Source of the DNA: Acidobacteriota bacterium | GTDB taxonomy: Bacteria > Acidobacteriota > UBA6911 > RPQK01 > JAJDTT01 | Direction of reading: 5' to 3' | Assembly: GCA_965217775.1 (NCBI GenBank) | Contig: CBDCJH010000002.1 | Coordinates: 4,128,001 to 4,192,000 of the forward strand | Length of the DNA: 64,000 bases | Shown: in pieces, positions 38,191-48,168 of the stretch | Numbering within the stretch: the stretch's first letter is position 1 | Layout of the letters: the number at the start of each line of letters is the position of its first letter | The notes under the pieces: generated by a model | What the model was told of the DNA's origin: nothing | The model's database searches: none | Seen by the model: only the letters and a program-made list of their open reading frames with translations | Program-made: the position numbers and the translations under genes

Positions 38191-39448
38191 TGATCCATCC
38201 ACGCAAGACCATAAATTCGAAGATGCCATCTTCCGTTTTACTCGTGAGCTTGCTCATGATGTCGAGCTTATCGAACAGCTCGACCGGGGGATCGAAGCGG
38301 TGGATTTGAGTTTCCCGACCAACACGGCGCACGTTGTACAAAGCGACATCGCCGTGTGACCGTCCCCGCGTTTCTTTGAGCACCGCATCGCAAAAGAGCG
38401 GCGAGTGGGTCGTGACTACGACTTGGCGTTCTTGCTCCAGAGCCATCGCGGTCAGCATTTTGGCAATCAGTTCTATCCGTCTCGGATGCACACCATTCTC
38501 GGGCTCCTCGAAGGCGAGAAGTGAGCCACTCCACGGATTCGCTGAGATGGCACAGAGCGCCAGCACTCGGAGTGTCCCCTCGGAAACGACGCGGGAAGAG
38601 TAATTGGTGCCGTTCTGCCGAACGTTGATGTCAAGAATGCCTCGACGCTTGTCCAGATCGATGTCAAATGCCTCGACGCTTGGAATTATTGATTGTACAG
38701 TTCGGACGACCGACTCAAAGTTCTTTCTGTGCTCCGCCTTGAGTCTGTACAGGAAGGCTGAGATGTGCTCCCCGAACACGCCTATATCAAACACATCCAG
38801 TGGTGGCGTAGTATGCCGCATGGCTAGCCGCGGGTCCAAGTAGTAGGTTCTCCAATTCAAGAGCTCTGCCCGAACCCGCTCGATGTACTTGTGTGCCGGA
38901 CTTCCCAAACGTGGGTCGGAGAGGACGGAATAATTCTGATTGAGGTCCTCGAAACGAGGTCTCCCGCCACCACTCTGGCGCCGGATCTTCAAACGCCCAT
39001 GCTCCGGCTCCACTTCAATTGCCGGCACTCCTTTCTCATCCCCGGTCGTTGAAAGAGCCGAAAGATACTCACCACAGTTGGTCAGCGCCCCCGACTTGGA
39101 GGCGATTTCCACTTCGATTTGATAACGGTAACGATTCTTTCTGGTTTTTTCCCCCTCAGGGATTGCCAAATCCGCAGAAATCGAAAACTTGGCAGTAGAT
39201 CTCGAAAGTAATTCTGGGATTCCACCGACAGGCAGAGCAAATGCTTCTATCGGGTATCCTCTAATCATTTGTCCACCGAGGGCATCCATCAGGGTGCGCT
39301 CCGTTCCAATCCTCGAAAGGGCCTGAATCGCGTCGAGGAGGTTGCTCTTTCCAGCAGCATTGGGTCCGAAAAGAATTGTCAAACGGGGAAATTCCATTGA
39401 TATGTTGGAGAGTGATTTGAAGCTACGAACAGTCAGGTTCTGAATCAT
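38183..39448 (-). CDS. ABC-type AAA ATPase (AAA_21-like)
   Basis: GPNAAGKS, SEGT signature, LAFEEPENGVHP, VTTHSP. Confidence 0.92.
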   Translation of the reverse strand: MIQNLTVRSFKSLSNISMEFPRLTILFGPNAAGKSNLLDAIQALSRIGTERTLMDALGGQMIRGYPIEAFALPVGGIPELLSRSTAKFSISADLAIPEGEKTRKNRYRYQIEVEIASKSGALTNCGEYLSALSTTGDEKGVPAIEVEPEHGRLKIRRQSGGGRPRFEDLNQNYSVLSDPRLGSPAHKYIERVRAELLNWRTYYLDPRLAMRHTTPPLDVFDIGVFGEHISAFLYRLKAEHRKNFESVVRTVQSIIPSVEAFDIDLDKRRGILDINVRQNGTNYSSRVVSEGTLRVLALCAISANPWSGSLLAFEEPENGVHPRRIELIAKMLTAMALEQERQVVVTTHSPLFCDAVLKETRGRSHGDVALYNVRRVGRETQIHRFDPPVELFDKLDIMSKLTSKTEDGIFEFMVLRGWINE

Positions 39449-39562
39449 CGTCTCCGTCTCCTAAGGGCAATCATGAATTCCCATGTTGTAACCGCTGGTT
39501 TTTTCCGAACAAACTTGAGTTCGATCGAGATTGGCGGTTCGCCCGATAAATTGTCAGTTTCC

Positions 39563-39870
39563 TCAGTCAGCCGATGGACACCAGGGCTGGACGCGCTCGG
39601 CAATCAGGCTCCCAGACTCGATCTCCTCCCGCCGCAGCTCCCAGGTCTTCTGCAGATTCAGCCAGACCTGTGGAGTCGTCCCAAAGTAGCGCGCGAGACG
39701 CAATGCCGTGTCGGCGGTCACCCCTCGCTGTCCATTCAGGATCGCCGTGATTCGATTCACCGGCACGTCCAACGTCTCAGAGACCAAATTGGCTAACATG
39801 CCGAGCGCATCCAATTCTTCCCGCAAGATCTCTCCCGGCTGAACCGCCGCATCCCATTCTTGGCGCTCAT
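39563..39870 (-). pseudogene. higA: HigA antitoxin with 5' frameshift
   Basis: MSAKNGMR then a frame change to VQPGEILREEL...RGVTADTALRLARYFGTTPQVWLNLQ. Confidence 0.8.
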
Positions 39871-39883
39871 CGTCTGCACTTTC

Positions 39884-39982
39884 TCAATGATCGTCCACGA
39901 TCACGACTTCGCAGGGGTCCATATTCCCCCCAACGGAAACCGATTCGCCACTGCGCATTGATCCGGCTGGCGTACTGGCCCC
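39884..39982 (-). pseudogene. higB: HigB toxin 3' remnant
   Basis: GQYASRINAQWRIGFRW...EVVIVDDH*, preceded by an in-frame stop. Confidence 0.75.
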
Positions 39983-40177
39983 GTTACAGCCCATAAGAGA
40001 AAGGATACATGTAGAGTTGATATGCTCGGAAGACCAGCCGCCAGCGCGGATACCGTTTCCCAAGAATCATCGACCTTGGAAATCGAGGGATGAGTGATCT
40101 TCCGGAGTCTCCTTGCCATTTGCGAGCGGCCGCTCGGTTCCACTTCGTGTTCCCATTGGACTACGATTCACCATGGA

Positions 40178-41875
40178 ATGACCGATTCCGGCCGCATCGT
40201 TCGAATCTCTTGCCTGACGGCCCTGCTGCTGGTCTGTCCGGGAACCCCGGTTTGGAGCGCGGAGCCACCCGTTCTCCTGCACGCGTCGCCTCCCAGCAAG
40301 GCGGTCGTGACTCTCCCCGGGCAGGGGCTCTGCATCCTCTACATGGTCTCCGGCCAACACTGTGCTTCGATCCGGTCCGGTGACGGGGGTGCGACCTGGA
40401 GCAAACCCCGGGTCGAGTTCGAGTTCAGGAAATCCGCCGGGGTTCCCGTAGTGCTTGTGGACCGGCAGGGAGAGCTTCATGCCTTCCTCCTGGTGCGGCG
40501 GGGCAGCGACCGGACGCCGACCGTAGACTACTTCTATGACATCTGGCACGCCGCGACCCGCGACGGCCGGACGCGATGGTCCCAACCCCAACGGATCTTC
40601 GAAGGCTACGTGGGGGCTTTGAACGGAGTCGTGCAGCTCGAGAGCGGGCGGATCATGCTGCCTCATCAGTTCTGGGTCCCGGGACTCCGGTCTGAGCCGC
40701 CGACGGGATCCCACGTGGTCACCACCAGCTACTCCGACGACAGCGGCAGGACTTGGCGGCTCTCGCCTGCCCGCCTCACTGCTCCCTGCCGCAGCGACTA
40801 CATCGGCAGCAATTACGGGGCGACCGAGCCGGTCGCGACCCAGCTTCGGAACGGCCGCGTCTGGATGCTGATCCGGACCCAGACCGGATTCCTCTACGAA
40901 TCGTTCTCCCCGGACGGAGTCGAATGGTCCGAGGCCAGGCCCACCCGCTTTCGCTCCTCCAACTCTCCGGCCAATCTGCTGCGCCTGCCTGACGGACGCC
41001 TGCTGGTGTTCTGGAACAACTGCGAGAATCCGTCCCGCGTGGACGGGGAGCCCGTTTACACCACCCGCGACGCGCTGCACGTGGCCATCTCGGCCGACGA
41101 AGGCCGCAACTGGACGGGGTTCCGGGAGGCCTTCCGGGACCCCAACCGCAACCAGACCCCTCCCCGGCGCGGCGACCGCGGCACCGCCTATCCCTTTTCC
41201 ACGGCGACCCGGGACGGCCAGGTCATTCTGGCCACGGGACAGGGACAGGGCCGGATCGCCCTGGTGCGCATCGACCCGGAATGGATCGGGGCCGCCTCCC
41301 GCGAGGACGACTTCTCCTCGGGGTTGGAGGGTTGGAGCGTCTTCAAACCGTTCGGCCCCGCCGAATACTACTGGCGCGACCGCATCCAGGGGCCGCGGCT
41401 CGTGGACCACCCCACGCTGGAGGGCGCCAAGGCGCTTCAGGTGCGGCGGCCCGACGACCGGAGCGGCGACGAGGCCGTCTGGAATTTCCCGGCCGGAAGG
41501 CGAGGACAGGTCTCTCTCCGAATCCTGCTGCCGGAAGGCTCCGAGCGTGGAGTCATCGCCCTGGCGGATCGCTTCATCCAGCCGACTGATCCGGCGGCCG
41601 CCGGGTTGGAGGTCTTCCGGCTAAGTCTGGCCGCCGACGGACGGATTGAGGATGGTCCGGTCCTGGCCAAGGGTCGCTGGCATACCCTCCGCCTCTCCTG
41701 GGACCTGGACCGCAACCGCTGTTCGGTCGCGGTCGACGGAAAGCCGGCACTGGCGCTTCCCATGCTGAATTACGATAGCGACGACCTGAGCTACTTGAGG
41801 CTACGCTCCAACGCGACGTCGCCGGACCCGTCTGGAATGCTCATCGAGAGTATCGCAACGATGAGGGACAAATGA
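40178..41875 (+). CDS. Secreted BNR/Asp-box sialidase-like protein
   Basis: Asp-boxes SGDGGATW, SDDSGRTW, SPDGVEW, SADEGRNW; TAYP. Confidence 0.85.
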   Translation: MTDSGRIVRISCLTALLLVCPGTPVWSAEPPVLLHASPPSKAVVTLPGQGLCILYMVSGQHCASIRSGDGGATWSKPRVEFEFRKSAGVPVVLVDRQGELHAFLLVRRGSDRTPTVDYFYDIWHAATRDGRTRWSQPQRIFEGYVGALNGVVQLESGRIMLPHQFWVPGLRSEPPTGSHVVTTSYSDDSGRTWRLSPARLTAPCRSDYIGSNYGATEPVATQLRNGRVWMLIRTQTGFLYESFSPDGVEWSEARPTRFRSSNSPANLLRLPDGRLLVFWNNCENPSRVDGEPVYTTRDALHVAISADEGRNWTGFREAFRDPNRNQTPPRRGDRGTAYPFSTATRDGQVILATGQGQGRIALVRIDPEWIGAASREDDFSSGLEGWSVFKPFGPAEYYWRDRIQGPRLVDHPTLEGAKALQVRRPDDRSGDEAVWNFPAGRRGQVSLRILLPEGSERGVIALADRFIQPTDPAAAGLEVFRLSLAADGRIEDGPVLAKGRWHTLRLSWDLDRNRCSVAVDGKPALALPMLNYDSDDLSYLRLRSNATSPDPSGMLIESIATMRDK

Positions 41876-43488
41876 AGCTGACTTTTTCAGTGAGGATGAT
41901 TTCGTTGCTCGGTTTGGCGCTGGGCGCCGCTTGCCAATCGGGAGCGCCCACCGGGGACCGATCCGATGGCGTTACCGTGCTGGTGGGGAGCCGGCCAATG
42001 GTGAAGGAAGCCTCGCTCTTCCCTTTCGACAACCATTCGATTCCCTTCACCCGGAACATCGGGTTGAAACTGCACCCGCCGCGCAAGTATCCCGGCAATC
42101 CGGTCCTGCCCAGGGGGCCGGCGGGGGCGCCCGATGAGTTCGGGGTCCAGTTCTACGGCTCCGTGGTCCGACACGAGGGAAAGTTCAAGCTCTGGTACGT
42201 GGCCATCGGCCGAGACCCCTTCACGGTGGTGGAGAAGGACCTGATGTGGACCCCCCGGGTGGACATCGTCCCGTTGAAATGGCGCCCCGCCTATGCCGAG
42301 AGCGCCGACGGCATCCATTGGACGCGGCCCGCCCTGAGTCTGGCGGAGTACGACGGCAGCCGGGACAACAATCTGGTGCTGATGGAGCCGGCGCCGCTGG
42401 GAGCCATCAACCTGAAGGTGATCCACGACCCGGAAGATCCGGACCCCTCCCGGCAGTTCAAGATGTCCATCCACACCTGGTGGCACGAGGACGGGAAGAA
42501 GGGGTTGGGGACTCTGGCGCCTGCGGTGAGCGGCGACGGCCTGCGCTGGCGGCTGGCCATTCCCGGGATTCCGCATAACGGCCTCCTGCCCAAGGCGAGC
42601 ACGGTCATCCCAACGGACCACTTCGAATCCGCCGGGGGTCTCTACAAGTGGGGCGGTCTGTACCACGCCTCGGGCCAGGGAGCCCGGCCGGTCTACGCGG
42701 TCGACTCCTGGGGCCGATCCGTCGGCACCTACCGCTCCCCCGACTTCGTCCACTGGGACCACACCGGGACTCTCTCTTTCTCCCGGGAGGGGCAACACAA
42801 GAAGGTCCCCAGCGGGTCGGGAGAAGAGTCTCACGAAGGAATCAGCGTCTGGAACCGGGACAACGTTTTGCTGGGACTCTACGGAATCTGGCACGGGTCG
42901 CCCCACTGGCGGGGGCGGACGGTGGACCTGGGTTTGGTCGTCAGCAACGACGGCATCCATTTCCGGGAGCCCCTCACCGACTTCGTCTTCATCCGCCGGG
43001 GAGAGGACCACGAATGGGACCAAGGTGGCCTGATCCAGGGTCAGGGCTTCGAGAACGTGGGGGACGAGACCTACATCTGGTACGGAACCTGGGACCCGGG
43101 GTCGCTGGAGCCCCGGGGCGGCGTGGGTCTGGCCACGCTGGAACGGGACCGGTTGGGCTCCTTTTCGGTCCGCGACGACTCGATTCCTGCAGCCTTCATG
43201 ACGGCAGCCATTCAAGCCCGTGGAGAAGCAAAGTTGTGGGTCAACGCCGAGGGAGTCTCCGAAGACGCCACGCTTCGGCTGGAGCTCTATGACGCGTTGG
43301 AGCGGCCGCTGGCCGGCTATTCGGGCGACGAGGCCGCCGTGCTGAACGAATCGGGTCTACGGGTCCCGGTATTCTGGCCGGGATCGAACGGGACCCCGCG
43401 AGTGGAGAAACCTTTCAAGATCAAGGTGAACTTCGAAGGAGCGGAGGCGGCAGGCATCCGCGTCTACGCCCTCTACGTCGGGACCTGA
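41872..43488 (+). CDS. Beta-propeller glycosidase-like probable lipoprotein (paralogue 5, subfamily B)
   Basis: LGAAC lipobox; shares GEESHE, SNDGIHFREP and QGQGFENVGDETYIWY with the 23022 gene. Confidence 0.85.
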   Translation: MKLTFSVRMISLLGLALGAACQSGAPTGDRSDGVTVLVGSRPMVKEASLFPFDNHSIPFTRNIGLKLHPPRKYPGNPVLPRGPAGAPDEFGVQFYGSVVRHEGKFKLWYVAIGRDPFTVVEKDLMWTPRVDIVPLKWRPAYAESADGIHWTRPALSLAEYDGSRDNNLVLMEPAPLGAINLKVIHDPEDPDPSRQFKMSIHTWWHEDGKKGLGTLAPAVSGDGLRWRLAIPGIPHNGLLPKASTVIPTDHFESAGGLYKWGGLYHASGQGARPVYAVDSWGRSVGTYRSPDFVHWDHTGTLSFSREGQHKKVPSGSGEESHEGISVWNRDNVLLGLYGIWHGSPHWRGRTVDLGLVVSNDGIHFREPLTDFVFIRRGEDHEWDQGGLIQGQGFENVGDETYIWYGTWDPGSLEPRGGVGLATLERDRLGSFSVRDDSIPAAFMTAAIQARGEAKLWVNAEGVSEDATLRLELYDALERPLAGYSGDEAAVLNESGLRVPVFWPGSNGTPRVEKPFKIKVNFEGAEAAGIRVYALYVGT

Positions 43489-43510
43489 CGCGCGGCGGGT
43501 GGGGATGGAT

Positions 43511-43713
43511 TCAGGCTGGGGCGGACAGGACTTCTCCAGGCCGTATTTCCTCCACGACACGGTTCCCACCGGGGGATTCCGCACATTGTCGTTCACGCCG
43601 ACGAAACGTCCTCCCGGCCGTAGCGCGTCGTGGCAGACCTGGCAGAATCGGCGGAGTTGCTCCAGAGTGCTGGCGTAGTTCAGGAGGTACATGGCGACGG
43701 CAGGTCTTGCCAC
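43511..43713 (-). pseudogene. Internal fragment of a class I SAM methyltransferase
   Basis: AVAMYLLNYA...ALRPGGRFVGVNDN; no SAM-binding motif I. Confidence 0.55.
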
Positions 43714-43734
43714 CTGCCTGGAGGCGAGGGACGG

Positions 43735-44535
43735 CTAGTCCGGAACCACCATGTGATAGAGGAGCGGCTGCACGTCTTCCGGAAGGCGCCGGTAGACCGA
43801 TTCCGGCAGGGGTTGGACTTTGGGATCGGTATGGTCGCCTCCCCCTTGATCTTCGATGATCTGTTTGCGGTCGCGGCTGCCGGGACGCAACGGGCCCAGA
43901 TTGACCCACCAGGGAGCGTAGCGTACGAGGACGCCGACCCGCTCCTCGTCGGTCACGTTGGGCGCGATGCTGTGCCAGGTCCGGGCATCGAAGACGGCCA
44001 CGTCGCCGGGGTCTCCCTCGATCTGGGTCTCCCCCTCGAACACCGAGTTCGGATCCAGGTCGGTCCCTTTCCTGGGAGCCCGGTTTCGCAGGTGGCTGCC
44101 CGGTATCACCATGGTGCCACCATTGGCCGGAGTGAACCTCGACAGCATCCACATGGTCACCAGATTCAACACCACGTCGGGATAGGGGGCCCGGACGCAG
44201 GAGAGCTGGTCCTGGTTGTAGGGCCAGTCCGCGTGGACGGTTCCCCGCTGGAGTCCGGGGCCGTTGATGGTCCCGGTGAGCATGGAGATGCGGGCGTTGT
44301 GACCGAAGAGCTTGCCCACGATCGCCATGATCCGAGGATGGTTCAGGTAGGGGGCGATGGCCTGGTTCAAACGCAGGAAACCGGTGACGTATCCCTGGGG
44401 CAGCGGCAGGCTGGTGTGCTTGCGAACCGTATCGGCAACGCTTCGCCGCACCGCGCCCACCAAGTCGGCCGGGATGACCGATCTCAAAATCACATAACCG
44501 TCGCGGCGGAGCACCGCCATTGGATCTTCATGCAT
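43735..44535 (-). CDS. Phytanoyl-CoA dioxygenase (PhyH) family Fe/2OG enzyme
   Basis: DGYVIL, HAD, NGGTMVIPGSH, FDARTWH, ER. Confidence 0.9.
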   Translation of the reverse strand: MHEDPMAVLRRDGYVILRSVIPADLVGAVRRSVADTVRKHTSLPLPQGYVTGFLRLNQAIAPYLNHPRIMAIVGKLFGHNARISMLTGTINGPGLQRGTVHADWPYNQDQLSCVRAPYPDVVLNLVTMWMLSRFTPANGGTMVIPGSHLRNRAPRKGTDLDPNSVFEGETQIEGDPGDVAVFDARTWHSIAPNVTDEERVGVLVRYAPWWVNLGPLRPGSRDRKQIIEDQGGGDHTDPKVQPLPESVYRRLPEDVQPLLYHMVVPD

Positions 44536-44745
44536 GGCTGAACCTCTTCCAGAAGTCTCACACGTCCGGCCGGTGTTCTCAAGGGGACGGGAATGCGCCG
44601 TCCGCGACCTGCGTGCCTGTTCCCGGTCGCCCGATTTCCGGTCCCCACATATGACAAGGAGGACCCGACACTGTAGAGTTTTCTCAGTTCACGAGGTTGC
44701 ATTGTCTGCCCCGCCATACCTGACGTAACCATGGGAGAAACCAGG

Positions 44746-46338
44746 ATGTCCATCCGCAACGCCATCCGCCGCCTCCAGTCGTTGACCCTGCTCCTTTCCG
44801 CCTTCGCGACGGGGGTACAGGCCAACACCGTCGACGTGGGGTCGCAGAAGCAGCTCTTCTTCGACGACCATGTGATCGAATCCATGCAGGGCGTCTACCG
44901 AATCATGAACCAGCCCCTCAAATACGCGGGAAATCCGGTGATCCGGATGGACCGGTGCTGGGAGGCGGACATGCACTTCGGGAACTCTCCCAACCTGGCC
45001 TACGATCCGGATCGAGGCGTCTACCAGATGTGGCACCAGGTGGTGAACTACAACTGGTCGGAGAACTTGGTCGGCTACTACGAATCCCGTGACGGGCTCC
45101 ACTGGGACAAGCCCCTGGTGGGGCAGTTCGACTACCACTCCCCCTGGTGCCCGGGAGAACCCTCCCGGAACCACAATTTCGTCTTCGGGAAGGGCGTGGG
45201 CGCCCGCGCGCCGGGTGTCGCCCGCGACCCGCACGAGTCCGATCCCCGCAAGCGCTACAAGATGCTCTACCGCCACAACAGCAAGGACCCGAAGGTGAAC
45301 GGAGTCTGGGCGGCCCATTCGCCCGACGGCATCCGGTGGTTACTCTATGACGGGATCAATCCGGTCTTCCTGAACAACGACACGCATCAGGCCTTCTTCT
45401 GGGACCCTCGGCGCGAACTCTACGTGGCGCATATCCGTCTCTGGCCCCCCATCTTCAAGGACCACCCGCTGTTTCAGGGGACCCGGCGGGAAGGCCGGGT
45501 GAGAACCGTGGGGATCGCGACCAGTCCCGATTTTCTGAACTGGGACGCCCCCACGGAGATGAAGGCTCCGGTCGAGGTGAACCGGAAGTACATCCTGGTC
45601 CCGCCGGACGAGAAGGACGCCCCCTGCACCGGCGGCTTCTATACCTTCGAGACCCTCCTCTACGAAGGGATCTACATCGGGTTCCTGACCCCCTACCACA
45701 TCTGTCCGGGGATGGAGCCCATGACGCCTCCCAGCCGGGATCTGGCGCGAAACCCCTGGTTGGACCGAATCGACATCCAGTTGGCCTTCAGCCGCGACGG
45801 TACGAACTGGCAACGGGTGGGGCAGCGGAGGCCCTTCATTCCCAACGGCCCGGAAGGCAGCTACGACTCGGGGATGATCTTCGTGGCCCAGCCGCCTCTG
45901 GTCCGGGAGGACCGGGGCGAGATCTGGCTCTACTACACCGGGTTCAAAAAGGGGCACTGGGGCGTGAACCGGGGCGAGAACCAGGAGAGTTCCCAGAATC
46001 TGGCCGTCCTGCGCCTGGACGGCTTCGTCTCGCTGGCGGCGGGGCGGGGCAGCTTCACCACCAAGCCCCTGAGATTCTCGGGGAACCGGCTGAAACTGAA
46101 CGGCTCGACCGCGGGAGACGAGGGGAGCATCCAGGTGGAAATCCTGGATCCTGAGACCGGCGAACCCTTGCCCGGTTACTCGCGGAAGGATTGCCAAGCC
46201 TTCCGGGGAGACTCGATCGCACACACGATGAGTTGGGGGAACCAAGCCGGCTTGACGTCCCTGGCCGGACGCACGGTCCAGCTCAGATTCCACATGCAGC
46301 GCAGCAAGGTCTTCTCTTTTCAGTTCTCTTCGGAATGA
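44746..46338 (+). CDS. Secreted beta-propeller glycosidase-like protein (paralogue 6, subfamily C)
   Basis: Long identical blocks with the 33236 gene (CWEADMHF, PVEVNRKYILVPPD, DRIDIQLAFSRDG). Confidence 0.87.
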   Translation: MSIRNAIRRLQSLTLLLSAFATGVQANTVDVGSQKQLFFDDHVIESMQGVYRIMNQPLKYAGNPVIRMDRCWEADMHFGNSPNLAYDPDRGVYQMWHQVVNYNWSENLVGYYESRDGLHWDKPLVGQFDYHSPWCPGEPSRNHNFVFGKGVGARAPGVARDPHESDPRKRYKMLYRHNSKDPKVNGVWAAHSPDGIRWLLYDGINPVFLNNDTHQAFFWDPRRELYVAHIRLWPPIFKDHPLFQGTRREGRVRTVGIATSPDFLNWDAPTEMKAPVEVNRKYILVPPDEKDAPCTGGFYTFETLLYEGIYIGFLTPYHICPGMEPMTPPSRDLARNPWLDRIDIQLAFSRDGTNWQRVGQRRPFIPNGPEGSYDSGMIFVAQPPLVREDRGEIWLYYTGFKKGHWGVNRGENQESSQNLAVLRLDGFVSLAAGRGSFTTKPLRFSGNRLKLNGSTAGDEGSIQVEILDPETGEPLPGYSRKDCQAFRGDSIAHTMSWGNQAGLTSLAGRTVQLRFHMQRSKVFSFQFSSE

Positions 46339-46396
46339 GAAACGGCGGGTGCCCCGCCATGATTTATCCGCGGACTGCTATATTGTCCCCATAGAG

Positions 46397-48010
46397 ATGC
46401 TCACCCTTCGAACCTCGCTGGCTGCCGGCTGGATCTTGTTGACTTCTGCCTCGACGCTCGCCGTGGGCCCGCTACAGAGCGACAAAGAGCGCCGCGAGAA
46501 GATGCTCCAAGAGGAGCAGCAAGACTACTACCGGAAATGGCTCAAGGAAGACGTGGTCTACATCATCACCCGGGAGGAACGGGAGATCTTCGAGAGTCTG
46601 ACTGCCGACGAAGAACGGGACGCCTTCATCGAACAGTTCTGGAGGCGGAGGGACCCGGATCCCAAGACCACTTACAACGAGTTCAAGGAAGAACACTACC
46701 GCCGCATCGCCTACACCAATGAACGCTACGCTTCCGGCGTGGAGGGCTGGTACACGGACCGGGGCCGCATCTACATCACCTACGGCCCTCCCAACACCAT
46801 CGACGACCACATGGGGGGCATGTATCGCCGCCGGCCCGAAGAGGGTGGGGGTTGGACCAGCACCTATGCCTTCCAGCGCTGGTTCTACAACTACATTCCG
46901 GGCGTGGGATCGGGGATCGAGATCGAGTTCGTGGACGCCAGCAAGACGGGGGAATACAAGCTGGCTCTGAGGCCCTCCGAGAAGGACGCCCTCTGGGTGA
47001 GCGGAGGCGGGCCGACCCGTTGGGAACAGATGGGCCTGGCGACCCGCGACGGAAGCATGGTTTCCGACCTGGCCATGCGGCGCCTGGGTCTGGAAACCGA
47101 GCCCATGTACATGAGGGGAGCCAAGCCTTTCGACCGTCTGCGGCAATATTTCGACCTTCGCCGGCCTCCCGAGTTCAAGTTCGAAAAGCTGGCGACCGAA
47201 GTGGAGACCCGGATTCTGTACAATCCGATCCCCCTGAAGGTGGCGTCCGCCGTCTACCGGGTGGGGCAGAACGCCTTCCTGATTCCGCTGACGGTCCGGA
47301 TCCCGGCGACCGAGCTGTCGTACGCGAAGTTCGGAGAATCGAACCAACGGGCCACGGTCGAGATCTACGGCAAGGTCGAGGACCTGTCCGGGAAGGTCGT
47401 CTACGAGTTCGAGGACACGCTGGCGGGAGACAAGGGAGTCGACGAGATTCTGAGTACGGCGACCCATTTCCTATACCAGAAACAGATTCCACTCCGGCCG
47501 GGACGCTTCAAGTTCAGTCTGGTGGCCAAGGACACGCGCAGCCAGCGTGTGTCCCAGGCAGCGACTTCCATTCACGTCAGCGAGTCGAAGGCCGGGAACC
47601 TGGCGACCAGCAGCCTCATCCTGGCGGACGGGTTCGCCTCCTCCGCACGCGAGGAGACACTCTCCGACCCCTTCAACACGCCCAGCGGCCTGAAGGTCTT
47701 TCCCAACATCACCCGCGAGTTCCGAACCGGATCGAAGTTGCACGTCTACACCGAGATCTACGAACTCCAGGTGGACCAGGCCGCGCTGGCGCCGCTGGTC
47801 CGGGCCAAGCTCCGGCTCTTCCACGGCCGGGACGAGATCCTGGTGCAGGAGCCCAGGATGATCCAACTGGACGATCGGGTCGTGCTGATTCAGGAGGTGG
47901 AGCTCAAGGATCTGCGTCCCGGCTCCTACCGGATCATGCTGCAGGTGCAGGACCAGGTCTCGGGCCAGTCGCTGGTGGAGCCGGCGAGCTTCGAGATCCG
48001 GCCGAGTTGA
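46397..48010 (+). CDS. GWxTD domain protein
   Basis: KWLKEDVVYII, FIEQFWRRRDPDP, EHYRRIAY, GWYTDRGRIYITYGPP. Confidence 0.92.
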   Translation: MLTLRTSLAAGWILLTSASTLAVGPLQSDKERREKMLQEEQQDYYRKWLKEDVVYIITREEREIFESLTADEERDAFIEQFWRRRDPDPKTTYNEFKEEHYRRIAYTNERYASGVEGWYTDRGRIYITYGPPNTIDDHMGGMYRRRPEEGGGWTSTYAFQRWFYNYIPGVGSGIEIEFVDASKTGEYKLALRPSEKDALWVSGGGPTRWEQMGLATRDGSMVSDLAMRRLGLETEPMYMRGAKPFDRLRQYFDLRRPPEFKFEKLATEVETRILYNPIPLKVASAVYRVGQNAFLIPLTVRIPATELSYAKFGESNQRATVEIYGKVEDLSGKVVYEFEDTLAGDKGVDEILSTATHFLYQKQIPLRPGRFKFSLVAKDTRSQRVSQAATSIHVSESKAGNLATSSLILADGFASSAREETLSDPFNTPSGLKVFPNITREFRTGSKLHVYTEIYELQVDQAALAPLVRAKLRLFHGRDEILVQEPRMIQLDDRVVLIQEVELKDLRPGSYRIMLQVQDQVSGQSLVEPASFEIRPS

Positions 48011-48013
48011 TCC

Positions 48014-48151
48014 GGGAGCGGCGGCTTTCTTGCCGCCGACCAGGGGGGCAGGGGGGACGGAGTCCCCACTCTACACTCTCCGGCCGCCGGACTCCGAGAC
48101 CAACACAGAAGAATGGGGGATGGGGAATGGGGGACAAGACTGTCCCCCTCC
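48014..48151. repeat. GGAG-footed REP cluster
   Basis: GGGAGCGGCGGCTTTCTTGCCGCCG...GGGGGACGGAGTCCCC; inverted relative of 54890-54952. Confidence 0.65.
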
Positions 48152-48168
48152 ATGTCCTCCCTCCCAGG

